NCBI GenBank assembly: GCA_964439475.1
Contig: CAYTOT010000006.1
Coordinates: 18,104-82,103 of the forward strand
Source of the DNA: an uncultured Alcaligenaceae bacterium
GTDB taxonomy: Bacteria; Pseudomonadota; Gammaproteobacteria; Burkholderiales; Casimicrobiaceae
Direction of reading: 5' to 3'
Length of the DNA: 64,000 bases
Within the stretch, counting starts at the first letter, position 1; the number at the start of each line of letters is the position of its first letter. The position numbers and the translations under genes were made by a program. Of this stretch, positions 20,357 to 30,052 are shown piece after piece. The notes under the pieces were generated by a model, which saw nothing but the letters and a program-made list of their open reading frames with translations, had not been told where the DNA came from and did no database searches.

Positions 20357-21592
20357 TCATCGCGATGACTTCGTCATGGCCAAGACCTGCGCGCCGTCGC
20401 GCGCGGCGATCAGCTGGATTTCGTACCACCGCATGAGCTCGCGCCGCATCTCGACTCGTTGCGCGCGGTCATAGGCGGCAGTGACCTTATTCCCGATCAC
20501 ATGATCTAGTTGCGCCTCGACGGCCAGCATGTCCTTGCCGGCGTCGCCCGCCCACGAATTCAGCACGGAACGCCACGAGTGCGGCGAGTGCTTCCCGCCG
20601 AGGTCGAGCGCGCGACGGTAGAACTTCTCGACGGCCTCGCGTGTGATATGCCCCTCGCCTCGCGGTGCCGGACATACGTGCAGCGCCTCGTCGCCATCCG
20701 CGCGGCGCCACTCCCGCATCTGTCCGAGTAGCACCGGCGGTATCGGCACGACGTGCGGCCCGCGCTTCTCGTCCTTGCGTTTCATGCGCTCACGAGGGAT
20801 CGCCCAGGTACCGGCCTTCAAATCCACTTCCGCCCACGTCGCCGGGACAATCTCGCCGATGCGCTGCGCGGTGAACGCGGCCAGTAGGTGCGCCCGCCGC
20901 ACTCCGCGCGCCACGTCGGCCTTGTCGGCAGCGCGGAGGATGGTGCCGACGCCTGCATGGTCCAGCACGGCAGGGTAATGCTCGCGCTCGGTCCTCCGTC
21001 GGCGGCCCATCGTTATGGGGTTGCCTGCGATCAGACCTTCCTCCACCGCGCGATTCAGGATCGCCCAAAGCCGCTGGCGGACCTTGCGCGCCATGTCGGG
21101 CGCCCTCCGGTCAACACGGCGCAGCACAGGGGCAGCGATTGCAGCGGTGAGTGCCGAGATGGGTAGCCCGTCAAGGTCGCGCAGATGGTTGCGCAGGCTC
21201 GATTCCACTTCGCGTTGATAGCCCGCCGTCCATTTCGCCTCGCGCGCCTCGGAGCGCATCCAGTCGGCGGCCACCTTGGCGAAAGTATCCTCGGTCGCGG
21301 CCGCTCGGGTGGCGACGGTGATGCGCTTCTCGGCGGCGACGTTGCGCCCCGCCTCCACCAGACTCCGCGCTTCGTCGGCCCGGGCCCGGGCCCAGGCGAG
21401 CCCTTGAACGTCGCTCGCGCGTCCGAGGGTGGCGATAGTCTCCCGGCCGTTGTGCCGGTAGCGCAGTTGCCACGTCCGCACGCCCGAGGGGGGCACGAAC
21501 AGGTAGCGCCCGTCGCCGTCGCGCAGGCGGTAAACCTTCTCGGCGGGCTTCGCGGCCCGGACCTTCACGTCTGTGAGCAGATAGCGCGCCAT
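20357..21592 (-). CDS. P4/IntA-like tyrosine integrase
   Basis: Arm-binding N-domain (LTDVKVRAAKPAEKVYRLRDGDG); catalytic R (AQRIGE), HSWR, LDH and AAYDR. Confidence 0.95.
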   Translation of the reverse strand: MARYLLTDVKVRAAKPAEKVYRLRDGDGRYLFVPPSGVRTWQLRYRHNGRETIATLGRASDVQGLAWARARADEARSLVEAGRNVAAEKRITVATRAAATEDTFAKVAADWMRSEAREAKWTAGYQREVESSLRNHLRDLDGLPISALTAAIAAPVLRRVDRRAPDMARKVRQRLWAILNRAVEEGLIAGNPITMGRRRRTEREHYPAVLDHAGVGTILRAADKADVARGVRRAHLLAAFTAQRIGEIVPATWAEVDLKAGTWAIPRERMKRKDEKRGPHVVPIPPVLLGQMREWRRADGDEALHVCPAPRGEGHITREAVEKFYRRALDLGGKHSPHSWRSVLNSWAGDAGKDMLAVEAQLDHVIGNKVTAAYDRAQRVEMRRELMRWYEIQLIAARDGAQVLAMTKSSR

Positions 21593-21617
21593 GGGTAATC
21601 CTCAAAGGGGGAATCCG

Positions 21618-21663
21618 TTACCCGTCGCCACCCATTACCCGCCGGTACCCATTTCGTTACCCG
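21618..21663. repeat. Clustered TTACCCG heptamers, candidate integrase arm-type sites
   Basis: TTACCCG at 21618, 21635 and 21657 and GTACCCA at 21645, between the integrase start and the att site. Confidence 0.6.
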
Positions 21664-21730
21664 CTCGGATGCCGGATGCTGGCGGATGGTGGCGAACACA
21701 TGCGAACTATAGTAAACAATGACTTAGAAC

Positions 21731-21758
21731 GAAAAACCCGCCTCGCGGGCGGGTTCTC
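21731..21758 (-). terminator. Intrinsic terminator downstream of tmRNA
   Basis: Minus strand reads GAGAACCCGCC-CGCGA-GGCGGGTTTTTC. Confidence 0.8.
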
Positions 21759-21769
21759 ATAGTGCAAAA

Positions 21770-22147
21770 TGGTGGAGGTGGCGAGAATCGAACTCGCGTC
21801 CGAAGACGTTCCACAGTCAGGACTACATGCTTAGTCTCGTCATTGTGCTCTCGTCACCCAACCGTTGACGGACAGACGGCGGAGCAACCAGTCACCTTGT
21901 TTTGACGTCTCACCCAAGTGACCCGGGCGGACGCGATCGCTCGAAATGTCCCTGCCGCAGCTACGGTGTCGCCACCTTCGCTACCCGGGCTGAGCGCCGC
22001 CCGGTGCAGGGTCCGGCGGGATTAAGCCGCCAGAGCGTAGTTTTCGTCGTTCGCAGTTAAGTTTGCGAGTGTCAGGGTTTTACGAGGACTAACACCTCGG
22101 CATGCCCCAAGCTGCTTCACAGCCCCCGTCGAGACCAGTTCACCCCC
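21770..22147 (-). ncRNA. ssrA: tmRNA
   Basis: 5' GGGGGUG pairs with 3' CACCUCC-ACCA; T-arm GAGUUCGAUUCUC; tag ORF at 22022-22054 encodes ANDENYALAA*. Confidence 0.98.
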
Positions 22148-22250
22148 GGTTCGGACGAGCCGCGATCAAGGGCGACCGCGGCATTCGATTGATTGTATCA
22201 AACTGAGGGCGCGACGCCCATGTTCAAGAGGCCTGGCCCGCTCCCGCCCC

Positions 22251-23288
22251 TCACTGGCGCGACCCGGGCGCGACGGGGTGGCTGCTCGCGACCCGCGGCG
22301 CGACCGCGTTTCCGCTTCCGATCACCACCTCCACGCGGCGATTGCGCTGCCGGCCTTCGGCGGTGTCGTTGCTGGCCACCGGAAATGCCGCGCCGTAGCC
22401 GCGAGTGACGATCCGATTGCCCTGTATCCCCGCGTCCATCAGCGCCGCCCGCACGGCATCTGCGCGTCGCTCCGAGAGCGCCTTGTTGATCGCGTCGTCG
22501 CCCACGCTATCGGTAAAGCCTTCGATGGCGATCGTGCGCTCGGGATACTCGCGCAGGAGCGTCGCGATGCGCGCGACGAGCCGCACGCCGCCGGGACGAA
22601 GCCCGGCGCTGCCGGCATCGAACAGCACATCGTTCATCGTGATGACGGTGCCGCGCTCCGACTTCGCTGCGTAGAGCTCGCGCAATTCCGCGTCGATCCA
22701 CTCGTTGCGCGGCTGCGCGCCGCGCGCCCGCAGCCGCGCGTACTCCGCGCTCTGCTGCGACAGGACGGCCTGACGCCGCGCGGCCTCCGCCTGATCCTGC
22801 GTCTGCGCTGGCGCTGGCGCCGGAGCGGGCACCTCCGCCGGCGCCTGCGCACTGCGTGCCGCCTCGGCCTGCATGCTCGCAAGCTGCGCGTCGCGGCCGG
22901 CAGCCGTCGCCTCGGCGGAGCGAGCCTCGGCCTTCATTCCCTGCTGCCCGCTCGTCGCTGGCGCCGCCTTCTGCTCGGCCTCTCGCCGCTCTGCCGTCTC
23001 GCGCGCGGCAGCGGCGCGCTGCCGCGCGAGGTGGGCGAGGTTGCGCACTTCGGTGGTGTCGCCATCCTTCCGGAAGAGCGACTCCGCGCGCCTGTAGGTA
23101 TCGACGGCGTCCTTGAGCTCCGCACCGGCGTACGCGCTCACGGTCGGCGTTGACTGCGCGTGATCGACGGCGCTGCGCGCCTTGTCGAGCTCCGCGGGGC
23201 GCGGCGCCGTGGTGCTGCACGCCCCGAGCGCGAACGCCAGGACGAGCGCCGGCGTCGCTCGAAAGAAACCTCTGGGCAGGAGCTTCAT
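22251..23288 (-). CDS. OmpA-family lipoprotein with N-terminal DUF4398-like helical domain
   Basis: Lipobox LGAC, Ala-rich coiled coil, OmpA C-domain (VLFDAGS, IEGFTDSVG, NKALSERRA, GRQRNRRVEV). Confidence 0.88.
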   Translation of the reverse strand: MKLLPRGFFRATPALVLAFALGACSTTAPRPAELDKARSAVDHAQSTPTVSAYAGAELKDAVDTYRRAESLFRKDGDTTEVRNLAHLARQRAAAARETAERREAEQKAAPATSGQQGMKAEARSAEATAAGRDAQLASMQAEAARSAQAPAEVPAPAPAPAQTQDQAEAARRQAVLSQQSAEYARLRARGAQPRNEWIDAELRELYAAKSERGTVITMNDVLFDAGSAGLRPGGVRLVARIATLLREYPERTIAIEGFTDSVGDDAINKALSERRADAVRAALMDAGIQGNRIVTRGYGAAFPVASNDTAEGRQRNRRVEVVIGSGNAVAPRVASSHPVAPGSRQ

Positions 23289-23545
23289 GCGCGCCTCCGT
23301 GATCCGATCCCGGCGGGTGCCGTTGCGCAACGACTTCGCGAAACCTGCCAACGCCCGGCCCGGGACCTGCAACTGTATCGGAAAAGCCGGCCGCCCCGGT
23401 GCAAGGACGCAGGCACGGGAACCGCGTCGCCGGTGGCGAGCGATGCGGGCCCGTCCGTCGTCCGAATCAGGCAGCACGGGGTACGTGCGGCGCCCACGTC
23501 CGCAGCGGACGGTAGAATGGCCGCCCCGCTTCAAGGTCGCGCACG

Positions 23546-24994
23546 ATGCCATACCTCGTTCCAGTCATCCTCTCCGGCGGCGCGGGCACGCGTCTGTGGC
23601 CCTTGTCCCGCGAGGCGGCGCCCAAGCCGTTCATGCCCTTGCCCGACGGCGACACGCTGCTCGGCAAGACCGCCCTGCGCGCCATGCAGCTTCCCGGTGT
23701 CAGCGGCCTCGTCACGGTCACCAATCGCGACCTCTACTTCCATACCAAGGACGTCTATGCCGGACTCGGCGATAGCGAGCCGCGCGATGCCGCGTACCTG
23801 CTCGAGCCGTTCGGCCGCAATACGGCGCCCGCCGTGGCGGTCGCTGCGCACCTGGTGCGCGCGCGTCATGGCGACGACGCGGTGATGCTCGTCCTCGCCG
23901 CAGACCACCTGATACGCGACCAGGCGGCGTTCGCGAGCGCGGTCGCGCGAGCGGTCGAACTCGCCCGCGACGGCCTCCTCGTGACGTTCGGCATCACGCC
24001 CACGCTTCCGGAGACCGGCTTCGGCTACGTGGAGTGCGGCGAGCCGCTGGGCGCACGGGCGTTCCGCGCGATGGGATTCGTGGAGAAGCCGCAGCTCGCC
24101 CGTGCCCGCGAGTTCGTGGCCGCCGGAACGCACGTCTGGAATTCGGGAATGTTCGCCTTCACCCCCGGGACGCTCCTCGCGGCCTGCGAACGCCATGCGC
24201 CGGCCATCGCGCAAGCGGCGCGCGCGGTGTGGCAGCCGCTCGCGTCGCACGCCGGAGACGCGATGCTGGAGATCGACGCCGCCACCTTCGCCAGCGCACC
24301 CGATGTCTCGATCGACTACGCGATCATGGAGAAGGCGGCCACCGATGGCGAGGTCGCGGTCGTGCGCGGCGACTTCGACTGGAGCGACGTCGGTTCGTGG
24401 CAGGCGGTATCGGAGCTCACGCAGGCCGACGCCGACGGCAACCGCGGCAGCGGCGAGCGCGTGGCCATCGCCACGCGGGGCACGTTCGTCCATTCCGAAG
24501 ATCGGGTCGTGGCCACGATCGGTGTCGAGAACCTCGTGATCGTCGATACCCCCGACGCCGTGCTCGTCGCGCATCGCGACCATCTGCAGCGAGTGAAGGA
24601 GGTGGTGGGCGAGCTGAAGGCGCGCGGCCACGAGACCTACAAGGTGCATCGCACCGTGGCGCGTCCGTGGGGCACGTATACCGTCCTCGAAGAGGGCCCC
24701 GGCTTCAAGATCAAGCGCATCGAGGTCAAGCCCGGCGGGCAGCTCTCGCTCCAGCTGCATCATCATCGCAGCGAACACTGGGTCGTGCTGCGCGGCACGG
24801 CGCGCGTCACGTCCGGCGAGCGCGTGTTCGACCTGCCGGCCGGCGAATCGGCCTTCATCCCGGTGGAGACGAAGCACCGCCTGGAGAATCCCGGCCGCGA
24901 GGTGCTCGCCATCATCGAGGTGGCATGCGGCGACTACATCGGCGAAGACGACATCGTCCGCTTCGAGGACCGCTACGGCCGCGTGGCCGTCTGA
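23546..24994 (+). CDS. manC: Mannose-1-phosphate guanylyltransferase / mannose-6-phosphate isomerase
   Basis: ILSGGAGTRLWPLSR...PKPF, LEPFGRNTAPA, WNSGMF, WSDVGSW and cupin RPWG...LSLQLHHHRSEHW. Confidence 0.95.
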   Translation: MPYLVPVILSGGAGTRLWPLSREAAPKPFMPLPDGDTLLGKTALRAMQLPGVSGLVTVTNRDLYFHTKDVYAGLGDSEPRDAAYLLEPFGRNTAPAVAVAAHLVRARHGDDAVMLVLAADHLIRDQAAFASAVARAVELARDGLLVTFGITPTLPETGFGYVECGEPLGARAFRAMGFVEKPQLARAREFVAAGTHVWNSGMFAFTPGTLLAACERHAPAIAQAARAVWQPLASHAGDAMLEIDAATFASAPDVSIDYAIMEKAATDGEVAVVRGDFDWSDVGSWQAVSELTQADADGNRGSGERVAIATRGTFVHSEDRVVATIGVENLVIVDTPDAVLVAHRDHLQRVKEVVGELKARGHETYKVHRTVARPWGTYTVLEEGPGFKIKRIEVKPGGQLSLQLHHHRSEHWVVLRGTARVTSGERVFDLPAGESAFIPVETKHRLENPGREVLAIIEVACGDYIGEDDIVRFEDRYGRVAV

Positions 24995-25036
24995 GGGGCC
25001 CGCGGGCGCGCGAGGACGCGCCTGCGTGCTCGCCCG

Positions 25037-25705
25037 CTACCCTCGACGCGGCGCCCCATGGCCGCGGCGCTCGAGGTCGGCGAGGAGGCGATCGAGGTTG
25101 GCGTGAGCCTGGGCGCCGTAGCGGTCGCTGAAATACGCGGTGCGGAAGAAGCGTCGACGGCGGCGCAACTCGGACAGGAACTTCCACTGGCCGCGATGGT
25201 ACTCGGCGTCGCCCACGCTCGCGAACTCGCGGCGCAGCCGGCGTGAATTGCGGGCAAACGCGCCCCACGTGCCGCCGAACCCGGCGAGATCGATGTCGTC
25301 GATGAAGCGCGCGTCGGAGGTGCGCGGCGCCTGCCTGCGCTCGGTGGCGAGGATCAGCGCCACGACCCGCCGCCTGAGCGCGACCGCCGCACCCCCGGCC
25401 CGGGTGACGAAGAACTCGGCACTTCGCCGCTCGTTCGAGGGATCCCCGGGCACATAGACGACGTCGTGAAACCACAGGGCGAGTTCCACCGCATCCGGAT
25501 CGTCGAGGCGTGAGGCGACCTCGTCGAAACGAAGCAGGCAGTCGTCGATGTGACGCATGTTGTGGAACGCCCGCCCGGGTCCGTCGAGATGGGCAGCGAG
25601 GTCGCGATAGACCGTCCGCGCCGCGGGCGACGGCGGCATCGCCACGCAGCGCCCCCACAGCAAGCCGAAGCGTTGCGCGTTCGCGCGGCCCAGCCTCATG
25701 GCCAT
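25037..25705 (-). CDS. Predicted HD-superfamily metal-dependent phosphohydrolase (COG4339-like)
   Basis: RAFHNMRHI, ALWFHDVVY, NERRSA and IDDIDLAGFG motifs. Confidence 0.8.
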   Translation of the reverse strand: MAMRLGRANAQRFGLLWGRCVAMPPSPAARTVYRDLAAHLDGPGRAFHNMRHIDDCLLRFDEVASRLDDPDAVELALWFHDVVYVPGDPSNERRSAEFFVTRAGGAAVALRRRVVALILATERRQAPRTSDARFIDDIDLAGFGGTWGAFARNSRRLRREFASVGDAEYHRGQWKFLSELRRRRRFFRTAYFSDRYGAQAHANLDRLLADLERRGHGAPRRG

Positions 25706-25908
25706 TCGGGATGAGCTCTCTCGTCTTGCATGGCGCAGGGTTCCTTGCGCGGCGTCGCGCGCGGTGTGTCCGCGCGATGCCGGGTGGCGGTCGGTAGCGC
25801 GACTTTACGGGATCGCCCCGCACGAGGAAAGGCCGGGCACGAGTACCGGCAGCCGTGCGACAATCCGCGCGCGGACGTCCTGCCCTGGCGTCCGGGAGCG
25901 CACGTCCC

Positions 25909-26385
25909 ATGTTCGGCTTCCTCAGGCTCAAGTCGGATCACCCGCGCTCCGCGCAACTGCGCGGCCTCGGCCTCTTCGCCCTCCTCTCGCCGCGCGAGCT
26001 TCGCGTGATCGACGGGCTGCTCCACGAGCGCAGCTACCTCGCCGGCGAGATCGTGTTCGACGAGGGCGAGGAGGGTCAGGCGCTCTACGTCGTACTGCGC
26101 GGCACGGTCCTCATCTGCCGCCAGGGCGCTCCCGGCCACGGCCGCATCGCCGAGATCCCGGCAGGAGCGATGTTCGGCGAACTCGCCCTGCTCGACGGCG
26201 CGCCGCGAACCGCGCAGGCACGCGCCCTCGACGACTGCGTGCTGGCGGCGCTCTCCCGGACCGACTTCAACCGCCTCGTGGATACGCACGCCGGCATCGC
26301 CTCGCGGATCGCGCTGCAGCTCGCGCGCGACCTCGGGCAGAAGCTCGTGGCCACGAACGTCGCGCCAGCCTCGCGCCCCCTTTGA
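25909..26385 (+). CDS. Stand-alone cyclic nucleotide-binding domain protein
   Basis: IVFDEGEEGQALYVVLRG and phosphate-binding cassette FGELALLDGAPRTA. No HTH. Confidence 0.88.
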   Translation: MFGFLRLKSDHPRSAQLRGLGLFALLSPRELRVIDGLLHERSYLAGEIVFDEGEEGQALYVVLRGTVLICRQGAPGHGRIAEIPAGAMFGELALLDGAPRTAQARALDDCVLAALSRTDFNRLVDTHAGIASRIALQLARDLGQKLVATNVAPASRPL

Positions 26386-27500
26386 AGAGCGACTACTTTC
26401 TCGGTGGCCCCCTCGTCTGGCTGGTGACGATCGCGATCACCACGCTGCTGCTCGTCGCGTCGACCCAGGCGCTGTGGCTCGTGGTGCCGTTGCTCATCGC
26501 GATCCTGCTCCACTACATGCTGGTCCCCGTGGTGCGCCGGCTGGCGCTCACGGGAATGGGCCGGGAAAGCGCCGCCGCCATCGTCGCCGGGCTCGCCCTG
26601 CTCGTGGTGGTCGCCATCCTCTGGCCGCTCCTGCCCTGGCTCGCGGCGCAGTCGCTGGCGGGACAGGAGACGCTCTCGCGGTATCTCGATGGCGGACGCA
26701 CCCTCGCCGACCGCACCTTCGCCACCCTGGAGGCGCAGTTCGCCTTCCTCGCTCGACTCGACTTCCACGCCGAGATGATGCGCCGCCTGGGTGAGCTTGA
26801 CACGGTCATGCAGCAAAAGGTCCGCGAGGCCCTCGTTGCCGCCGCGGTCTCGCTGCCCTCCCTGCTGCTCGCGCCGTTCTTCGCCTTCTTCCTCCTGCGC
26901 GAAGGCCAGGTCTTCACCAAGCTCGTGATCGGAGGCATTCCGAACGCTTTCTTCGAACGTGCGATCTACATGTTCGAGCGCGTGGACACCACGGCGCGCA
27001 ACTACTTCGCCGGGCTTCTCAAGCTGACCGCCATCGATACCGCGGTCCTCGGCCTGGGCCTTTGGATGGTGGGCGTGCCCAACCCCTTCGTGATCGCGCT
27101 CGCCGCTGCGCTCATGGAATGGGTGCCGGTGGTGGGCTCGCTCGCGGGCTGCGTCCTCGCGATCCTGGTCGCGGCGACCAGCAATCCGAGCGATCCGTGG
27201 ATCCTGTACGGCGTGCTCGCGGTGTTCGCCGCGAATCGCATGCTCGACAACTTCATCTTCATCCCGCTCACCGTCGGTCGCAGCATCCGGATGCATCCGT
27301 TGCCTACCGTGCTCATGGTCTTCATCGGGGGTGCTGTCGCCGGTATTCCGGGGCTCATCCTCGCGCTGCCGCTCGCAGGCGTGGTGAGCGCCGTCGTGGG
27401 AACGGTCGCCGGCATCGTGCACGACCCGCGCCTGCGTGCGCGCAATGCGTACGCGAAGGCCTTGCTGCACAAGCACGTGAATGCCGACCTGACGCTGTAG
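26382..27500 (+). CDS. AI-2E (PerM) family transporter
   Basis: Multiple TM segments; WVPVVGS, NFIFIPLTVGRSIRMHPLPTVL and GGAVAGIPGLILALP. TTG overlaps the upstream stop (TTGA). Confidence 0.88.
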   Translation: MKSDYFLGGPLVWLVTIAITTLLLVASTQALWLVVPLLIAILLHYMLVPVVRRLALTGMGRESAAAIVAGLALLVVVAILWPLLPWLAAQSLAGQETLSRYLDGGRTLADRTFATLEAQFAFLARLDFHAEMMRRLGELDTVMQQKVREALVAAAVSLPSLLLAPFFAFFLLREGQVFTKLVIGGIPNAFFERAIYMFERVDTTARNYFAGLLKLTAIDTAVLGLGLWMVGVPNPFVIALAAALMEWVPVVGSLAGCVLAILVAATSNPSDPWILYGVLAVFAANRMLDNFIFIPLTVGRSIRMHPLPTVLMVFIGGAVAGIPGLILALPLAGVVSAVVGTVAGIVHDPRLRARNAYAKALLHKHVNADLTL

Positions 27501-27576
27501 GAGCTGCGTTGCGCCGCGCGCCCGCGGCGCCGCGGGCGGCCCCAGGCGAGGCCGTCCCGCGACGGCCCGGCGGACG

Positions 27577-28380
27577 CTAGGCCTCTCCCTTCCCCCAATC
27601 CGCCTCGTAGGCGCGCTCTCGCGTATCGACGACGCTGTGCCGGATCTCGACCGGCGTGTCGTGGTAGGTATAGGCGATGCGGTCGATCACCAGCACCGGC
27701 ATGCCGACGGCGATACCGAGCGCACGCGCCGACGTCCGGTCCGCCTCGCGCGCCGCGAGTCGCTCGTGCGTGCGCACGACGTTGACCCCGTAGCTCGTCT
27801 GGTAGAGGCTGTAGATCGTGCTGTCGCGCTGGCCGAAGCGCGCCGCGGTGAGGCCGGGAAAACGCGCCGCCTCGATGACGATGGTGTCGAGCACGGTGCG
27901 TTGCCCTGCGAGGCTCAGGAGATTGGTGATGCGCAGCACCTTCGCCCCCGGCGCGATGGCGAGAGCGCCGGCTTCGGCGGCAGTGGCGGTTCCGCGCACG
28001 AACGCGAGCAGGCGCGGCGCGGGCAACTCGCGCGAGCCATCGCGCTCGACGATGTGGAAGAAATGATAGCGGTTGCGCGCCGGCCCGTGCAGCGCGACGA
28101 AGGTGCCGAGGCCCTGGCGGCGCACCAGGATCCGCTCGGCGACCAGTTCGTCGGTGGCCTTGCGCAGCGTGCCGATGCTGACCCCGAAGCGGCTCGCGAG
28201 CCGCGCCTGGTCGGGCAGCGCGCTTCCTGGTGTCCATTCGCCTGCGATGAGCGCCGCCGTGATCGCCGCCTTCACCGCCTTGTAGCGCGGCAGTTCCCGC
28301 ACGCCGGCCCGCGCGGCGAGCGCTTCCGGACTGCCGCGGGCGCGGCCACGAGGACGATCGGGTCCACGCAACATATGCAT
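27577..28380 (-). CDS. GntR (HutC/UTRA) transcriptional regulator; start uncertain
   Basis: YKAVKAAI...GEWTPGSALPDQARLASRFGVSIGTLRKA...RRQGLGTFV, followed by a UTRA domain. Confidence 0.92.
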   Translation of the reverse strand: MHMLRGPDRPRGRARGSPEALAARAGVRELPRYKAVKAAITAALIAGEWTPGSALPDQARLASRFGVSIGTLRKATDELVAERILVRRQGLGTFVALHGPARNRYHFFHIVERDGSRELPAPRLLAFVRGTATAAEAGALAIAPGAKVLRITNLLSLAGQRTVLDTIVIEAARFPGLTAARFGQRDSTIYSLYQTSYGVNVVRTHERLAAREADRTSARALGIAVGMPVLVIDRIAYTYHDTPVEIRHSVVDTRERAYEADWGKGEA

Positions 28381-28381
28381 A

Positions 28382-28428
28382 TCATCTAGATGACCTGGTT
28401 GACATGCTAGCACGGCGCGGCGCACAAT
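28382..28428 (+). promoter_or_regulatory. GntR operator palindrome and divergent sigma70 promoter for the suy operon
   Basis: Perfect palindrome TCATCTAGATGA (28382-28393), then TTGACA (28399-28404) and CACAAT (28423-28428). Confidence 0.6.
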
Positions 28429-28511
28429 CCACCCCATCCCGTGCCCGGCAGCCTCGCATCCAGCGGATCGCTGCGCCGCCACGGGCATCCATTCCACCAG
28501 AGGAGTTGAGC

Positions 28512-28793
28512 GTGATCGATTTCGTGGTGCACGACGAGGGTGATTCCGCCGGCGTCGTCGTCGTCGAGGGAGTCAAGGCCGGTGCCAAGCTCCAGGGCTG
28601 GATCATGGACCAGGACAAGGACCTGAACGTGACCGCGCTTTCGGACATCCCCATCGGGCACAAGCTCGCGATCAAGCCGCTCGCGGCCGACGCCACCGTG
28701 ATCAAGTACGGCGTCGACATCGGGCGCACCGTCGCGCCGATCAAGGTGGGCGAGCACCTGCACGTCCACAACGTCAAGACCAAGCGCTGGTAG
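28512..28793 (+). CDS. suyA: SAF-domain small subunit, (R)-sulfolactate sulfo-lyase alpha-like
   Basis: [13 protein letters not shown]...VIKYGVDIG...[26 protein letters not shown] before the GTG. Confidence 0.8.
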   Translation: MIDFVVHDEGDSAGVVVVEGVKAGAKLQGWIMDQDKDLNVTALSDIPIGHKLAIKPLAADATVIKYGVDIGRTVAPIKVGEHLHVHNVKTKRW

Positions 28794-28801
28794 GAGGCGC
28801 C

Positions 28802-29971
28802 ATGAACCTCGCGAATGCGACATTCCGCGGCTACCTCCGCGACAACGGGCGCGTCGGCGTCCGCAACCACGTGATCGTGCTGCCGGTCGACGACATCTCC
28901 AACGCCGCCGCAGAGGCGGTGGCGCGCAACATCATGGGTACGATGGCGCTGCCGCACCCATACGGCCGCCTGCAGTTCGGCGCGGATCTGGAGCTCCACT
29001 TCCGGACGCTCATCGGAACCGGGGCGAACCCCAACGTCGCCGCGGTCATCGTCATCGGCATCGAGCCGGGCTGGACGAAGCGCGTGGTCGACGGCATCGC
29101 CCGGACCGGGAAGCCCGTGGAGGGTTTCTGGATCGAGCAGAACGGCGACATCGCGACCATCGCCAAGGCCTCGCGCAAGGCCAAGGAGTTCGTGCACTAC
29201 GCGACCGCCCTCGACCGCGTCGAGCGGCCGCTCTCCGACCTGTGGGTGTCGACCAAGTGCGGCGAGTCCGACACCACCTCCGGCTGCGGCTCCAATCCGA
29301 CAGTCGGCAACGCCTTCGACAAGATGTACCCGCACAAGGTGACCCTCTGCTTCGGCGAGACGACGGAGATCACCGGAGGCGAACACATCGTCGCGGCGCG
29401 CTGCGCGACGCCCAAGGTCCGCGACGAGTTCATGGCGATGTTCAACCGCTACCAGGAAGTCATCGATCGCTTCAAGACCAGCGACCTCTCCGAGTCGCAG
29501 CCGACCAAGGGTAACATCGAGGGGGGGCTGACAACGATCGAGGAGAAGGCACTCGGCAACATCCAGAAGATCGGGCGCGTCTGCAAGGTCGATGGCGTGC
29601 TCGACAAGGCCGAGACGCCGACCCATCCGGGCCTGTGGTTCATGGACTCGTCGTCGGCCGCGGCCGAGATGGTCACGCTGTGCGCCGCATCGGGCTACGT
29701 CGTCCACTTCTTCCCCACTGGGCAGGGCAACGTGATCGGCAACCCCATCCTGCCGGTGATCAAGCTGTGCGCCAACCCGCGGACCGTGCGCACCATGAGC
29801 GAGCACATCGACGTCGACGTCTCGGCACTGCTGCGCCGCGAGATGTCGCCCGACCAGGCGGGCGACGCCCTGCTCGCCAGCATGTTCGCCACGGCCAACG
29901 GACGCCATACGGCGGCCGAGGTGCTCGGTCACCGCGAGTTCGTGCTCACCCGGCTGTACGAAAGCGCATAG
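28802..29971 (+). CDS. suyB: UxaA-family (R)-sulfolactate sulfo-lyase beta subunit-like
   Basis: [50 protein letters not shown] and FPTGQGN. Split SAF + UxaA layout. Confidence 0.82.
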   Translation: MNLANATFRGYLRDNGRVGVRNHVIVLPVDDISNAAAEAVARNIMGTMALPHPYGRLQFGADLELHFRTLIGTGANPNVAAVIVIGIEPGWTKRVVDGIARTGKPVEGFWIEQNGDIATIAKASRKAKEFVHYATALDRVERPLSDLWVSTKCGESDTTSGCGSNPTVGNAFDKMYPHKVTLCFGETTEITGGEHIVAARCATPKVRDEFMAMFNRYQEVIDRFKTSDLSESQPTKGNIEGGLTTIEEKALGNIQKIGRVCKVDGVLDKAETPTHPGLWFMDSSSAAAEMVTLCAASGYVVHFFPTGQGNVIGNPILPVIKLCANPRTVRTMSEHIDVDVSALLRREMSPDQAGDALLASMFATANGRHTAAEVLGHREFVLTRLYESA

Positions 29972-30052
29972 CGAGTCCGCGCTGCAACGGTTCCGCGCGG
30001 CCGGCGGCGTTGCCGGCCGCGACGAGGTGTCTTGTCATCCAAGGAGGGCATC

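Larger units (their letters stand above)
19694..21790 (-). mobile_element. Minimal or degraded integrative element at the tmRNA 3' end (integrase + higBA); distal boundary not found
   Basis: Integrase lies about 180 nt downstream of ssrA, with arm-type repeats and a TA module. No second att copy seen by eye. Confidence 0.65.

Noticed and set aside
28512-29971. Altronate/galactarate dehydratase (uxaA/garD)
   Set aside because: The split SAF + UxaA subunits with slcC-like, tauE and TauT-family neighbours fit SuyAB better, though this is not experimentally excluded.
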